From Alloascoidea hylecoeti (taxonomy: Eukaryota): a stretch of DNA of 64,000 nt. This document shows positions 1 through 10,541 of the stretch, piece by piece. The notes under the pieces were generated by a model, which saw only the letters and a program-made list of their open reading frames with translations, had not been told where the DNA came from and made no database searches. The stretch lies in the NCBI GenBank assembly GCA_001600815.1, contig BCKZ01000008.1, positions 124,001 through 188,000 on the forward strand, written 5' to 3'. Position numbers and translations under genes: made by a program. Within the stretch, counting starts at the first letter, position 1, and each line of letters starts with the position of its first letter.

Positions 1-793
1 ATTACAAATGAAAATAAAAATATAAAAAGGAGAAGTTTGTATGCTCAGGTCCATTCGTGATCTAATCTAATCTACAGGTAGTGCTTGACAAAGTTGCTCC
101 ATATCGTATATTGAACTTCTTATAAATGGCGATGATAGGCATATATATGAGTATGGATGGCCTGAGTCTTTGGGAATTATTGAAGATTTAGGATTTATGA
201 TTTTGTGGGCCAACCCCACCCAGCAACTTATAAGCTAATAATTACCCGCAATTAATGTAATTATAATGAAAGGTATATCATTGAACTTGTAAAATTTGAA
301 CTATATGCATATGTATTAGGTAGCCAAAGCTTAAAACATAAAACTCTATGCATGAGAGTTGCCCACAATCCTATTCAATATTCCTTTAAGTATGATTAGG
401 AGGAATCGAACTGCTTATTGAATTTATAATCCTAGTATGAACGATGCAGTCTTGTGCAATCTTGCTACTTTAGGCTTCAAAAACAATAACCCTTAATATT
501 TAAGGAACTTATACCATCTCAAACGAATATCCTTTCCCCATTTGAATTATCTTACAACATAAAAAAAACTAACACTAATATATTTACTATTATGATTTTT
601 TGATACATATTATTTACAATCTTTAAGTATAAGCTTATAATACAATTATAATAATGATTATACTGTTACATGATAGTTTTACAGTTGATAAGTTGCAATT
701 GTTTGTAATAAAGAATTTTCTTATATTGATAAATGTAAAAAATATAAATAAAAAAAATTTAGATATAAATATAATAAAAAAAAGAAAGAAATC

Positions 794-824
794 GATAAGA
801 TAAGATAAGATAAAAATAAGATAA
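794..824. repeat. (GATAA)n microsatellite
   Basis: gataagataagataagataa plus two further units, one degenerate. Confidence 0.7.
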
Positions 825-1176
825 ACTTAAGTTATTGCAATTATGAAAATCATCATCATTATTTGACTTATATCTTCATTTCATTTCATTATATAATATC
901 GATATTAAAAACAGCGTATATCAATATTAAAACATGTCAAGGTAAAGTTAAAAAAATCATAATAATTACTTCAATTTTATTCAATTCAATATCAGAAAAA
1001 ATTTTATAAAATAAAATAATTGTTTGATTTCTTTTGACTTATGGATCCAAAGGTAAATAATATTAATAATAATAAAAAAACAACTAAACATGCAAACTAA
1101 ACAATTCAAAAATCAACATCTCATAGTAACATAAAAATAAAAAGAAAAATCATGATTCAATTGAATGTTAAAAGAG

Positions 1177-1275
1177 GAAATAAAGAAATAAAGAAATAAA
1201 AAAATAAAGAAATAAAGAAATAAAGAAAAAGAAATAAAGAAATAAAAAAATAAATAAAAATAAATAAAAATAAAT
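1177..1275. repeat. Imperfect (GAAATAAA)n / (AAAAATAAAT)n tandem repeat
   Basis: Visible 8-mer repeats gaaataaa followed by aaaaataaat units, downstream of the 1532..3808 gene. Confidence 0.75.
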
Positions 1276-1531
1276 ACAAAAATAAAAAGAAAATATTTAA
1301 AGGTATTTGATAATCATTTTTTTCTTAATTTAACAATTTAACCAAAACATTTACCTTCACCTTTACTTTTACATTTACCAATAAAAGTATCATTATACCC
1401 CATCATGAAATTTCATATCATTTTCATTTCCATAAGATAAGATATCAAAAGCCAGATATTTACCTAACCAACCAATCATAAAATTTAAAATATAAAAGAA
1501 GAACAAATACTATAAAATTAAATCTTCATCT

Positions 1532-3808
1532 TTATGTTGATTTTGATGATGATTTTTTAAATCTTAAAGAAATTCTTTCTGATAATTTAGAAGCACCAAC
1601 ACCAGCATTTTTCAATAAAATTTTTTCATTTTTTTGAAAATTATTTAAAGAAATTTGAAATTTTTTAGATAACTTATCATTTAATTTATCAATTTTTAAA
1701 TAATTTTTTTTTAAATTTAATTTAATTTTTTGTTTTAAAATTTTATTTTTTTCTGAAATTTTTATAATATTTGATGATAAAAATTCTTTTCTTTTTGATA
1801 ATTTTTGTTTTAAAAATTCTTTCCTTTTTGAAATTTTTAATGATAGAAATTTTGAATCATTTGATAATTTATTATATTTATTTTTAAAATTTTCTTTTTT
1901 AAATTGTAAATTTTCATTATTTATTTTATCTTTTAAGAAAACATGAACTGATTTCTTAAACTTTCGTAATTTCTTTAATTTTAAATCTTTATAATCATTT
2001 AATTTAAAATCTTTAATATCATTAACCGCTGAATCAAAATTATCAATTATATTTGCTTTAAATTTCTTTAATGAATTTTTAATTTCATCAGCATTATCAT
2101 TAGAATAATATTTCTCAAAAATTTTTTCATTCCAATTTTTAAATTTTTGTAAATCATCATTAATAACAATACCAATTTTTGAATTTTTAAATTTCATAAA
2201 ATCATCATTAATAAAATTACCAATTTTTGAATTTTTAAAATTTTTATTAATAATTTCTTTAATTTCTAAACTTTTATATTTTAAATTATCAAAATCTTTA
2301 ATATTATTTAAAAAATTTTTAAAAGATTTTGATTTTGATTTATTATTTTCTTCCTTTTTTTCATTATAATTATAATTTGGATCATAAATTATAGTATAAT
2401 AATAAATTAATGATGATTTTTTTGAATTTTTATCATCATTTATTAAATTTAAATATAATCTATATTTTGAAATATCTTCTCCAACTTTATTTTCATTTTC
2501 AGTTTCAAAAGAGTTATTTGTTGATGATGAATGATTTGATTCAATTGGAATCTTAATTTCAAAAGATTGTGTTAAATTTGATCTTATTTCTGCAATAAAA
2601 GACCAAGAATTTTTTGAATTTGAAATATTATTACCTGAACCATCATCATCATTACTATAAACTTGTGTATCATTAAATTTAAATAAGGAAAAAGCAGCAA
2701 TTATATCATCATGATTATTTTCTTCTAATGTTGATGTTGATGACGATAAATTTTCAACTAATAAAATTGATAAATTTGATAAATTTGATGAATTTGAATT
2801 TGAATGTTCAAAAGATAAACCAATTGAAAAATCAATTATACCATTTGGTAAAAATCTTTTAAAATAATCAAATGGATTTGGTATACTAAAATCTTTTGAT
2901 TTTAAAGAATTTGGACCAAATTTTGGATTATTTGAAATGATTTCATAATTTTTACCAAATTCATGTTCATCATCATTATTAAAAGCATGTTTTGGAATTA
3001 AAACTGAAGTTTGTGTTGGTTCAGGTTCACTTGTTGAAGTTGAGGTTGAAGTTGAAGATGCTATAGTTGAACCACTCCATATAGTTTCAGTGACGGTTTG
3101 AACATAAGTAACGGTTTCATATTCAGCAACCCTTTTAGCATCGAGAACTCTACCCAAATTTATTAATAATTGATAACCAGAAATTAACAATGCCGATATA
3201 ATTAAGAGCCAAAGAAAATTAACTCTACCTCGTACAGTGGATGGACTTGGATTTAATTCATCAAATTCAAGTGTTTTGAGAAGATCATCATAAGGACCAA
3301 TGATTGCTGCAGGACCATCAGCATCAGCATCACAAAGTTTTGATTTTGGTTTTAATTTCAATCTTTTAGGAGAAGAGTCAACAGGTAGTGTAGGTAAAAC
3401 AAAAGAACTAGAACTTGTTCTTGAAGAAGTAATACTTCGTAAGTCTTCAGATAAAATCATATTAGCAGCATCGACATCTGCATCGATTTTAGTTAGAGGG
3501 AGGGTTGCTGTATTTTCCAGATCATCATCTTTTCCATCCTTTTCAACCTTTTGAGCATCAAGATGATCATCCTGAAATTCTTGATCAGAATGATCAAGAA
3601 CAGGATCCAAAACAAGTTCTTGATCAATATCATGATCAGGATCATCTGAAGGGTCCGAGTGGACAGAAGAAGATAACACGGACCAAGGATTAGAAGCATC
3701 GGAATCATAACCGGTGGAATTACGAGACTCGTCGACCAGCAAATAATCCTCATCAGCGAGAGACTCCACGAGAGTCAAATCGACGCCTTCATTAATATTT
3801 ACGTTCAT
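1532..3808 (-). CDS. 758-aa predicted single-pass membrane protein: acidic N-terminus, Lys-rich helical C-terminus (Atg39-like architecture, unconfirmed)
   Basis: Long ORF; acidic disordered N-terminus; one hydrophobic segment (NFLWLLIISALLISGYQLLINL); Ser/Thr-rich stalk; basic C-terminus. Confidence 0.75.
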   Translation of the reverse strand: MNVNINEGVDLTLVESLADEDYLLVDESRNSTGYDSDASNPWSVLSSSVHSDPSDDPDHDIDQELVLDPVLDHSDQEFQDDHLDAQKVEKDGKDDDLENTATLPLTKIDADVDAANMILSEDLRSITSSRTSSSSFVLPTLPVDSSPKRLKLKPKSKLCDADADGPAAIIGPYDDLLKTLEFDELNPSPSTVRGRVNFLWLLIISALLISGYQLLINLGRVLDAKRVAEYETVTYVQTVTETIWSGSTIASSTSTSTSTSEPEPTQTSVLIPKHAFNNDDEHEFGKNYEIISNNPKFGPNSLKSKDFSIPNPFDYFKRFLPNGIIDFSIGLSFEHSNSNSSNLSNLSILLVENLSSSTSTLEENNHDDIIAAFSLFKFNDTQVYSNDDDGSGNNISNSKNSWSFIAEIRSNLTQSFEIKIPIESNHSSSTNNSFETENENKVGEDISKYRLYLNLINDDKNSKKSSLIYYYTIIYDPNYNYNEKKEENNKSKSKSFKNFLNNIKDFDNLKYKSLEIKEIINKNFKNSKIGNFINDDFMKFKNSKIGIVINDDLQKFKNWNEKIFEKYYSNDNADEIKNSLKKFKANIIDNFDSAVNDIKDFKLNDYKDLKLKKLRKFKKSVHVFLKDKINNENLQFKKENFKNKYNKLSNDSKFLSLKISKRKEFLKQKLSKRKEFLSSNIIKISEKNKILKQKIKLNLKKNYLKIDKLNDKLSKKFQISLNNFQKNEKILLKNAGVGASKLSERISLRFKKSSSKST

Positions 3809-3863
3809 ATTTGATTAACTGTATAAAAAAAGAGTGGCAAAAGATAAAAAAGACAGAAAAGAA

Positions 3864-5021
3864 CTACAGACACCCATCCACTCGGCCCTTATCGTGATGC
3901 AGCTCTGCTACTTTATTCGCCAACTGCATAAACAGCAAGTACTCCTCCTCAATTGTCGCCACAACTCCATCAACTCCACCGGCATTGGCCTCAACCGTCT
4001 CCCGTTCGATTCCGTCCACCGCTTTCTCAATTCCATTCAAAACCCCACAATATTCGTCGATTTTACTCTTAAACTCTTCGGATAACTTCCCAAAAAAGGC
4101 CTTTAGTGGATCATTCGGTGGGAGTCTCGAACCCGGAATCCGCATCTGATTCAACAATTTAAAACAAATCTCCCCGTCCGAAACCGACGAATCCGAAGTC
4201 TCTTTAAACGTTCGCATCACTGAAACATCTTTATCAAGCGCTTGTTTACAACCACTGTGTTTTGTCTTTAAGAACCCAACATCTCTTGAAATACTGTTTA
4301 CTAAATTTTTATGTTCTTCAATTCCTCCTTTTAATTCATCTGCTATTGCTACTTGTTGTGTAATGTATTTTTCAATCTCATCTAATTCCTGTTGAGCTGA
4401 GCTTGATAAATCAGAATGTCTGGTTAAAGCGTTGATTCCATTTAATCCATTATTGACATTGTTGTTTGTATTATTTGTATTATTTGTATTATTATTGTTA
4501 GTTGTATTATTCATTCCAATATTACTATTTGTATTGTTATTTGTACCTGCATTACCAAACAATCCTGTATTACCAAATCCACTGTTTGTATTAGCATTAT
4601 TATTCCCAGCACCAAATAATCCTGTACTAGTATTACCACCTGTATTAGCAGTATTTCCAAATAATCCAGTATTTGCTGTTTTATTGGCTGTGTTTCCAAA
4701 CAATCCAGTATTTGTATTACTATTAGTCGTATTATTGTTCCCACCAAACAATCCTGTATTGGCTGTTTTATTAGCTGTATTTCCAAACAATCCACTATTA
4801 TTACTACCAGTATTACTCCCAGCATTACCAAACAATCCAGTATTAGTATTAGTGTTGGTATTGATATTACTATTAGTATTAGCTCCAAACAATCCACCAC
4901 CAGTTCCTGTTTTATTAGCCGTACTTCCAAATAACCCGGTACTTCCAGAAATATTATTGGAGGAATTACCCCCAAATGAAAATCCCCCCGTACTACCTGT
5001 ATTTGTTTTATTACCAAACAT
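3864..5021 (-). CDS. NUP49: GLFG nucleoporin Nup49 (Nup58/45 family)
   Basis: Multiple GLFG repeats, then coiled coil LTRHSDL...ELDEIEKYITQQV...LVNSISRDVGFL resembling the yeast Nup49 C-terminal domain. Confidence 0.9.
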   Translation of the reverse strand: MFGNKTNTGSTGGFSFGGNSSNNISGSTGLFGSTANKTGTGGGLFGANTNSNINTNTNTNTGLFGNAGSNTGSNNSGLFGNTANKTANTGLFGGNNNTTNSNTNTGLFGNTANKTANTGLFGNTANTGGNTSTGLFGAGNNNANTNSGFGNTGLFGNAGTNNNTNSNIGMNNTTNNNNTNNTNNTNNNVNNGLNGINALTRHSDLSSSAQQELDEIEKYITQQVAIADELKGGIEEHKNLVNSISRDVGFLKTKHSGCKQALDKDVSVMRTFKETSDSSVSDGEICFKLLNQMRIPGSRLPPNDPLKAFFGKLSEEFKSKIDEYCGVLNGIEKAVDGIERETVEANAGGVDGVVATIEEEYLLFMQLANKVAELHHDKGRVDGCL

Positions 5022-5124
5022 TATCTTTGGATCTTAACTATCGATATCTGATGTTCTGTTTTGTTTATTTTTCAGTGCTTCCACAGTATCAGATTTACTC
5101 TTTCTTCACAGTAAATATTGGAAC

Positions 5125-5134
5125 GTCACATGAT
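5125..5134. promoter_or_regulatory. Cbf1/CDEI-type motif GTCACATGAT upstream of NUP49
   Basis: RTCACRTG match about 105 bp upstream of the NUP49 ATG; the same motif recurs at other promoters in the window. Confidence 0.5.
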
Positions 5135-5199
5135 CATATCCATTTGTTATAAATTTATAAATTGGGTTAATAACTAAATATGGTACAACATCTATGAAT

Positions 5200-5291
5200 T
5201 CCACTCCAAAAGTTATAATATCATGTCGTAGTTTGAAGAACTGAAGTTCTGGAATGATCTCATTCCAATTGAGGAGGTATGAAAAAGAATC
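5200..5291 (+). mobile_element. Tc1-type (DD34E) transposase fragment, decayed
   Basis: IMS*FEE then DLIPIEEV*KRI (5256-5291), matching the DLNPIENVW motif; a 21-nt stretch matches the 54441-54461 relic at 20/21. Confidence 0.7.
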
Positions 5292-5926
5292 ATCTCCAAG
5301 AATGAACCATCGCCTATAAAAGCAAAAAATATAATAAAATCGACATTGTAAAATCAATTTTTTACCCCCATATTTTGTCTTGAATTCCAAAGGTATTTAT
5401 TCCTCCATTAAAAAATCCTGATAATCATGTCGCAAGTTAAGTCACGAATATTCACGATAAGGAATGCTTCAATTGCAACCGAATCATAGTAGACGATCAG
5501 AAGATACTCGTATTCTTGAGCTCTATTCCGTTCTCATTTTGACCACCACACGACCACCAACAATGGAAAATTCTAAAATATCTTTAAAGTACTTATATCA
5601 AGAGCAATGAAGCGAGGCTACTAATAGCTATGGGAAGAAATTGTTTTCTGGAACTCTCAATTGTATTAATGGTTTACAATCCAGATCAATAGCTAGAATC
5701 GGTTAACTAACGTGCTACTTTCAAAAATGGAGGTGGGACAAAGAACTCTTTGATTGTTTTGTAGACTGGTTGATTGATTCAAGAATATTCAGGGCATGAT
5801 AAAAACCGTTACTAACTATCTTTATACATGTTAATTGAGTGCCTTCTCAAGAAGAATCCGAGGATTTCTATCGGGAAAAAAATTGAGTGACGAGTGACAA
5901 CAGATAGCTAGTACAGTTCTTTTCCT

Positions 5927-6209
5927 ATAGATGAATCAACTGGTTCTCAATTGGGTTCTCTAAGGGTCGTGCTCTCAATATCACTTGGATCCAAAAGTGC
6001 GATTAGTAGTGTAATGCCACCCTATCCGATATTTAAGGGTAAATACTAAACAGGCAGAAAAATATCAACAAAAAATCTCTAAGCGCCAAGATAAAGTCAG
6101 CGGCTCAAAAAAAAACTATACCAGTGATGATATATCCAAAGAGCAAAGGATTAACTTAACGTCTAATATCGTATCGAGGTTCAGGAAGACTGGGATTTGG
6201 CCGATTAAT
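5927..6209 (+). mobile_element. pogo/Fot1 (DDE_1) transposase remnant
   Basis: IDE..TGSQLG (cf. MDETGFQLG), VMPPYPIFKGK at 6011-6043 (cf. LPPxxIFKGK) and SNIVSRFRKTGIWPIN at 6162-6209 (cf. NIxSGFRKTGIWPFN); internally deleted, with stops. Confidence 0.75.
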
Positions 6210-7249
6210 CTGAGTATGTATAGTGATGAAGTTTGTTTCCACAAAAAGACAACTTGCTTAGACTTAATGAAGAGATTTCCCTTCAAATTTGTTTCTTTAT
6301 AATTACACTTTTCAATAATAAAATTTATCTGTTTATTCTTTTTTTAACTACAATCTCATCTATAACATTAATATCCTCCAATAGTGAAGCGCTAAAGATT
6401 GAAAGAAAAGATATTGAAAATTTTATATCGATTAGAAATACAATTGATGATTTTGGTTAAGAAAACCTCACTATTACTATTCCTTTATTATTTTTTTTTT
6501 TTTTTAAAGATTAAAAACGTTATGGAAAGGCTTGATCATTACAAGAATAATCCTTAACCCTTTGTGGAAGATTTTACCCATTTTGAAAGATTGACAAGAA
6601 GATAACACACATTGATACGAGAAAAAAACATAAATATTAATGAAAAGCTTCTGTTTCAAATGATTTCAGGTGTCAATGATGAATATTAATCACCGGTGTC
6701 TATTGAAGATCGGCTACAGTATTGTGATATATATGATCAGGAACTTGATAGAGAAAACCTAATTGTGGGAAAGATGAAGTTTTGTTAGAACAGTTGTTGA
6801 AATACCGAAGAGAAACTTTTAAAACATAAGAAAATTCATGATCATTCAAGTAATTATAAACGAAAACGGGAAGAAGTGGAAACTAGTAATATCAATGCAA
6901 ATCCAAACCAATTGTAACAGAAAATAATAATTATAATTTTAATATTTTAGAGCAGAAGAAGATTTAACAGCTGAAATCAAAAAAAAAAAATTAGGATGAA
7001 TGGACTATGGAATAATGAAATAAAAAAGGAGATTGAAGGCTAAATAAACCAATCACATTTATTATATAATATTTGTTTTTTTATCCAGTATTAACATTAA
7101 TGTTATAATGTAAAAGGTTTTTTGTTTATTTGTATAAGTATATATATATAGTGATTCAAAGAGTTAAATGTTTTTGATATCAATACTCTACCTAATATTT
7201 AACTATAATAGATAACTCCCCATCCTGTTCAATTATGCTGTAGGTAGCA

Positions 7250-7835
7250 AAAGTTGTGCTTTTGCTTCGGGTCACCACTTCAAATAAAAATTCCAAATTA
7301 TAACCAGCTTCTGAGAATTTTACAAGGCATTAAACTGTTCTTGAAATAATGCATAATGTTTCGTAAATGCTAGAGGTTATATTAATATATAAAGATATTT
7401 CTGGTCTAGTAATTAGTGTTAACGCCCATAAAGTCATAAACGACTGCCACTAAGAGCCTTGGAGTGTTATGATATTGATACCAATCACTCTATAGTAACA
7501 CACACACGACCTCTTTTCTAAATCCCAGCCCATTAAATATGTCTTACAGACCCATACTTCACTATATTATAAATAATTTAAAGTTCAAAGGCCTGATTGT
7601 CGTCGAGCATATATTTTTACCGAACGACCGAACATTCCTCACTGAATACAAGACCATCTCAAATATCCCACAACCATTCCAACTTATATTTAGACCATAG
7701 CATTATGTTTCATTGGTGTATCTCATTTGGAAAAGGCCCTTAATGTGTCAAAAATCTACTACTACTCTTTGGTTTTTCTGAAAGGTTTTTCTGGAGGTCT
7801 TTTGGAGTGATGACCCGAAGAAAAAGCACAACTTT
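7250..7835 (-). mobile_element. Non-autonomous Tc1-like element with 35-bp inverted repeats
   Basis: 7250-7284 and 7801-7835 are inverted repeats with 3 mismatches; internal minus-strand peptides KLEWLWDI*DGLVFSEECSVVR (first catalytic D region) and VKYGSVRHI*WAGI. Confidence 0.75.
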
Positions 7836-9599
7836 AAACTATGATATCAAGTTATATTATTTCAAATTTGCAATTGAAAACGTATTGTAATTGTTAATTT
7901 ATGAACAGTTTTTTATGTAAAATTAGAACTTTTTATCTTAAACAATTATGAAGTTGACAAATAATACAGAAATAAATTTATGAAGAATCAAATAAATCTT
8001 TTTCAATGTTAATATCAATATTGAAAAGTATATATATACAAGTAGTAACTTAAACTGTCTATTTATATATTGATGCATATGATAATATTTATTTAAATTT
8101 TAGAATAACAATAATACATGTACCGGTATAGTACCTTTAGGCGGGAATCAAAGCAATTATACCCTAAACCCACTTTGAAAGGTTTGAATTTTTTCATCCG
8201 GGCCGAGCATGTGAACACTCTTACTCCTTTGGAAAATATTATGATAAAATGAGGATATATCTGAAATACCTCCTATAGTGGTATATGACAATTGGACAAT
8301 ATAGAAGCTTGATCATTAGATGAAGGGATTATATGTAGTACCTATAAAATGGTGTTGATCAAACCTTTGATAGAACTGTTGAAATTTGAGTTAAATGAAA
8401 GTGAAGATGCAGATGACTCTTACATTATGCATACATTTATCTTAAAAGGAGGATATCCCGATTCTCTATTGCCCTAAGAAGTCTCTTTATTCTTAAAATT
8501 GGATGTGTGATATATTGAGCTGAGAGGATTATATCTTTCAAGTTTAAATAAAAAATTGAGCTTGTTGGTAATTTCGTTTTGTTTGCCTTCTTGTATTGAT
8601 CCGAATTACCTCTTAATTAGTGTGTTTTGGTCTATAACTTAGCATGTCAACAAATTTAAACAGTTTACCCCACACTCCTTTTATCCAGGGATGCTTTAAC
8701 ATGAATAAAGGTTTTCGGGAGGAGGTGACACTCACTTGGTGGAAATTAATTCGCCGTTGTGCCACTTGTTTGTATTTTCAAGAACAAACAAATATTTAGT
8801 AACTAATTTATATGCACATAATTTAAAAGCTCCGGGTTATGTAATATAAATAACTATATCAGTAATACTTTCTATTCCTTTACAGACAGAAAAATAAGTT
8901 TCGTTAAGAAAAACGTTAACGGCTCTTCTCTAAGCTCAACCGTTTCATTTATATCACCCCACAGCTGGTTGACATTTCATGATTTCTACAGGACCATCAG
9001 ATAATGAGATGTTTCTAGATGTCCAATGAAATCTTATTTGATTGCTATCCAATTCCCACAGGCAAACCGTTGCTTATCTTACATAAAACTATAAACACCA
9101 TGTCTCTTTCTCTCCGCCATTTTCTAGGTGGATAAAGATGTCCAATGAAACCAGTGAGGATACATATAGAGTTTAAGTATAGTTGTTAGTTATATATAAG
9201 CTTATACATAAGAATCATTTTAGAGCTTCGGCTAGTTTGATATGTGTCATTGAAGTCTGCGGCCCAGCCCGCAATAATTAACCAGTCATTACAGTGAGGT
9301 TGTAATGTACTATTGTAGGATTCTAATGCATCTCAACCTAGGATCATATAAATTTCCCCAGTTTCTTTTATATTTTTAACGTTTAACGTTTGCATCTCTA
9401 TTTCAGTTCAAGAAATATATATTTAGCTTTCGAAGCTGTTATTTTCGGTTTTTACTCAATTATCAGTTTTTACTTTCCTAACAACCATTTACTTCGGTGG
9501 TTCAAATCAATTTGCTATAGTAGGTACACCTTAAAATCTACACGGTTAGAAAATTTTCAGTACAAAACTTTTCTCAAAACTTCTAAAAATTAAATTATA

Positions 9600-10541
9600 A
9601 TGTCCGAATCAACAAATGAATATGAAGAGGAAGTATACCCACATGCTTGGGCTAAAATAAGAGCTAAATACATAGATTACTTAGCTGAATTCTGGGGTAC
9701 ATTTGTCATGATTTCATTCGGTGATGGTGTGGTAGCTCAAACTAAAATGAACGTGGGATATGGTGATTATCTATCAGTTGATTTAATGTGGGGAATTGCT
9801 GTAATGCTTGGATTCTTTGCAAGTGGTGGTCACTCTGGTGGTCATTTAAATCCAGCTGTTACTGTTGCATCGGCTACATATAGAGGATTTCCTTGGAAAA
9901 AGGTTCCCGGATATATTTTTGCCCAATTCTTTGGTGCTTTCCTCGCCGCTTTTCTTGTATTTGGACTATATAAGTCAAATATTGATAACTTTGAAGGGCA
10001 TGGGATAAGAACAGTCACCGGTGATACTGCAACTGCTGGTATCTTTTGTACTTTTTCTAAACCATACTTGACAAGAGGGGCCCAATTTGTTTCTGAATTG
10101 GTTGCTTGTGCCTTTTTACAAGCTGGTATTTTTAGTATAACAGATAACTACAATGCTGGTGCAAGTTCAGCTACGTTTCCTTTTGCTCTTATGCTTTTGA
10201 TTACTGCTATTGGTGGGTCTTTTGGTGTTCAAACTGGTTTTGCTATGAATTTCGCAAGAGATTTTGGCCCAAGGGTTGCAGCAGCAGCTCTTGGATATGG
10301 TAGTGAATTATGGACACAAGGTGGGCACTACTTCTGGGTTCCAATTATCGCTCCTTTTGTTGGAACATTTATTGGAGGTGGTCTATACGATATTTTCTGT
10401 TTTAAAGGAAAAGAATCGCCAATAAATCAACCAGGATTGGGATTCAAAAAGCAAGCTGTACCTGTATTACCTATAACTTCACAGCAAAATGATTACAACT
10501 TGGAACCTAAAATTTCACAACCACAACATTCAAGCTCATGA
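9600..10541 (+). CDS. Aquaglyceroporin (MIP family, GlpF/Fps1/Yfl054c-like)
   Basis: SGGHLNPAVT and FAMNFARDFGPR; Asp after the second NPA-like box is typical of glyceroporins; multiple hydrophobic helices. Confidence 0.93.
   Translation: MSESTNEYEEEVYPHAWAKIRAKYIDYLAEFWGTFVMISFGDGVVAQTKMNVGYGDYLSVDLMWGIAVMLGFFASGGHSGGHLNPAVTVASATYRGFPWKKVPGYIFAQFFGAFLAAFLVFGLYKSNIDNFEGHGIRTVTGDTATAGIFCTFSKPYLTRGAQFVSELVACAFLQAGIFSITDNYNAGASSATFPFALMLLITAIGGSFGVQTGFAMNFARDFGPRVAAAALGYGSELWTQGGHYFWVPIIAPFVGTFIGGGLYDIFCFKGKESPINQPGLGFKKQAVPVLPITSQQNDYNLEPKISQPQHSSS

Noticed and set aside
3300..4085. Short ORFs overlapping the 758-aa gene and NUP49
   Set aside because: Shadows of real genes with no recognisable motifs
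4432..5037. 201-aa hydrophobic ORF (and 4511..5017)
   Set aside because: Antisense or alternative-frame shadows of the NUP49 GLFG/Asn repeats
5125..5260. CDEI-like motif as a point centromere
   Set aside because: No AT-only CDEII or CDEIII follows; the motif recurs at ordinary promoters
6520..6920. Possible copia gag-like fragment (KLLFQMISGVNDEY)
   Set aside because: One weak motif only
8300..8450. Possible copia RT fragment (LDE.., DQTFD/ELLKF)
   Set aside because: Too degenerate to support
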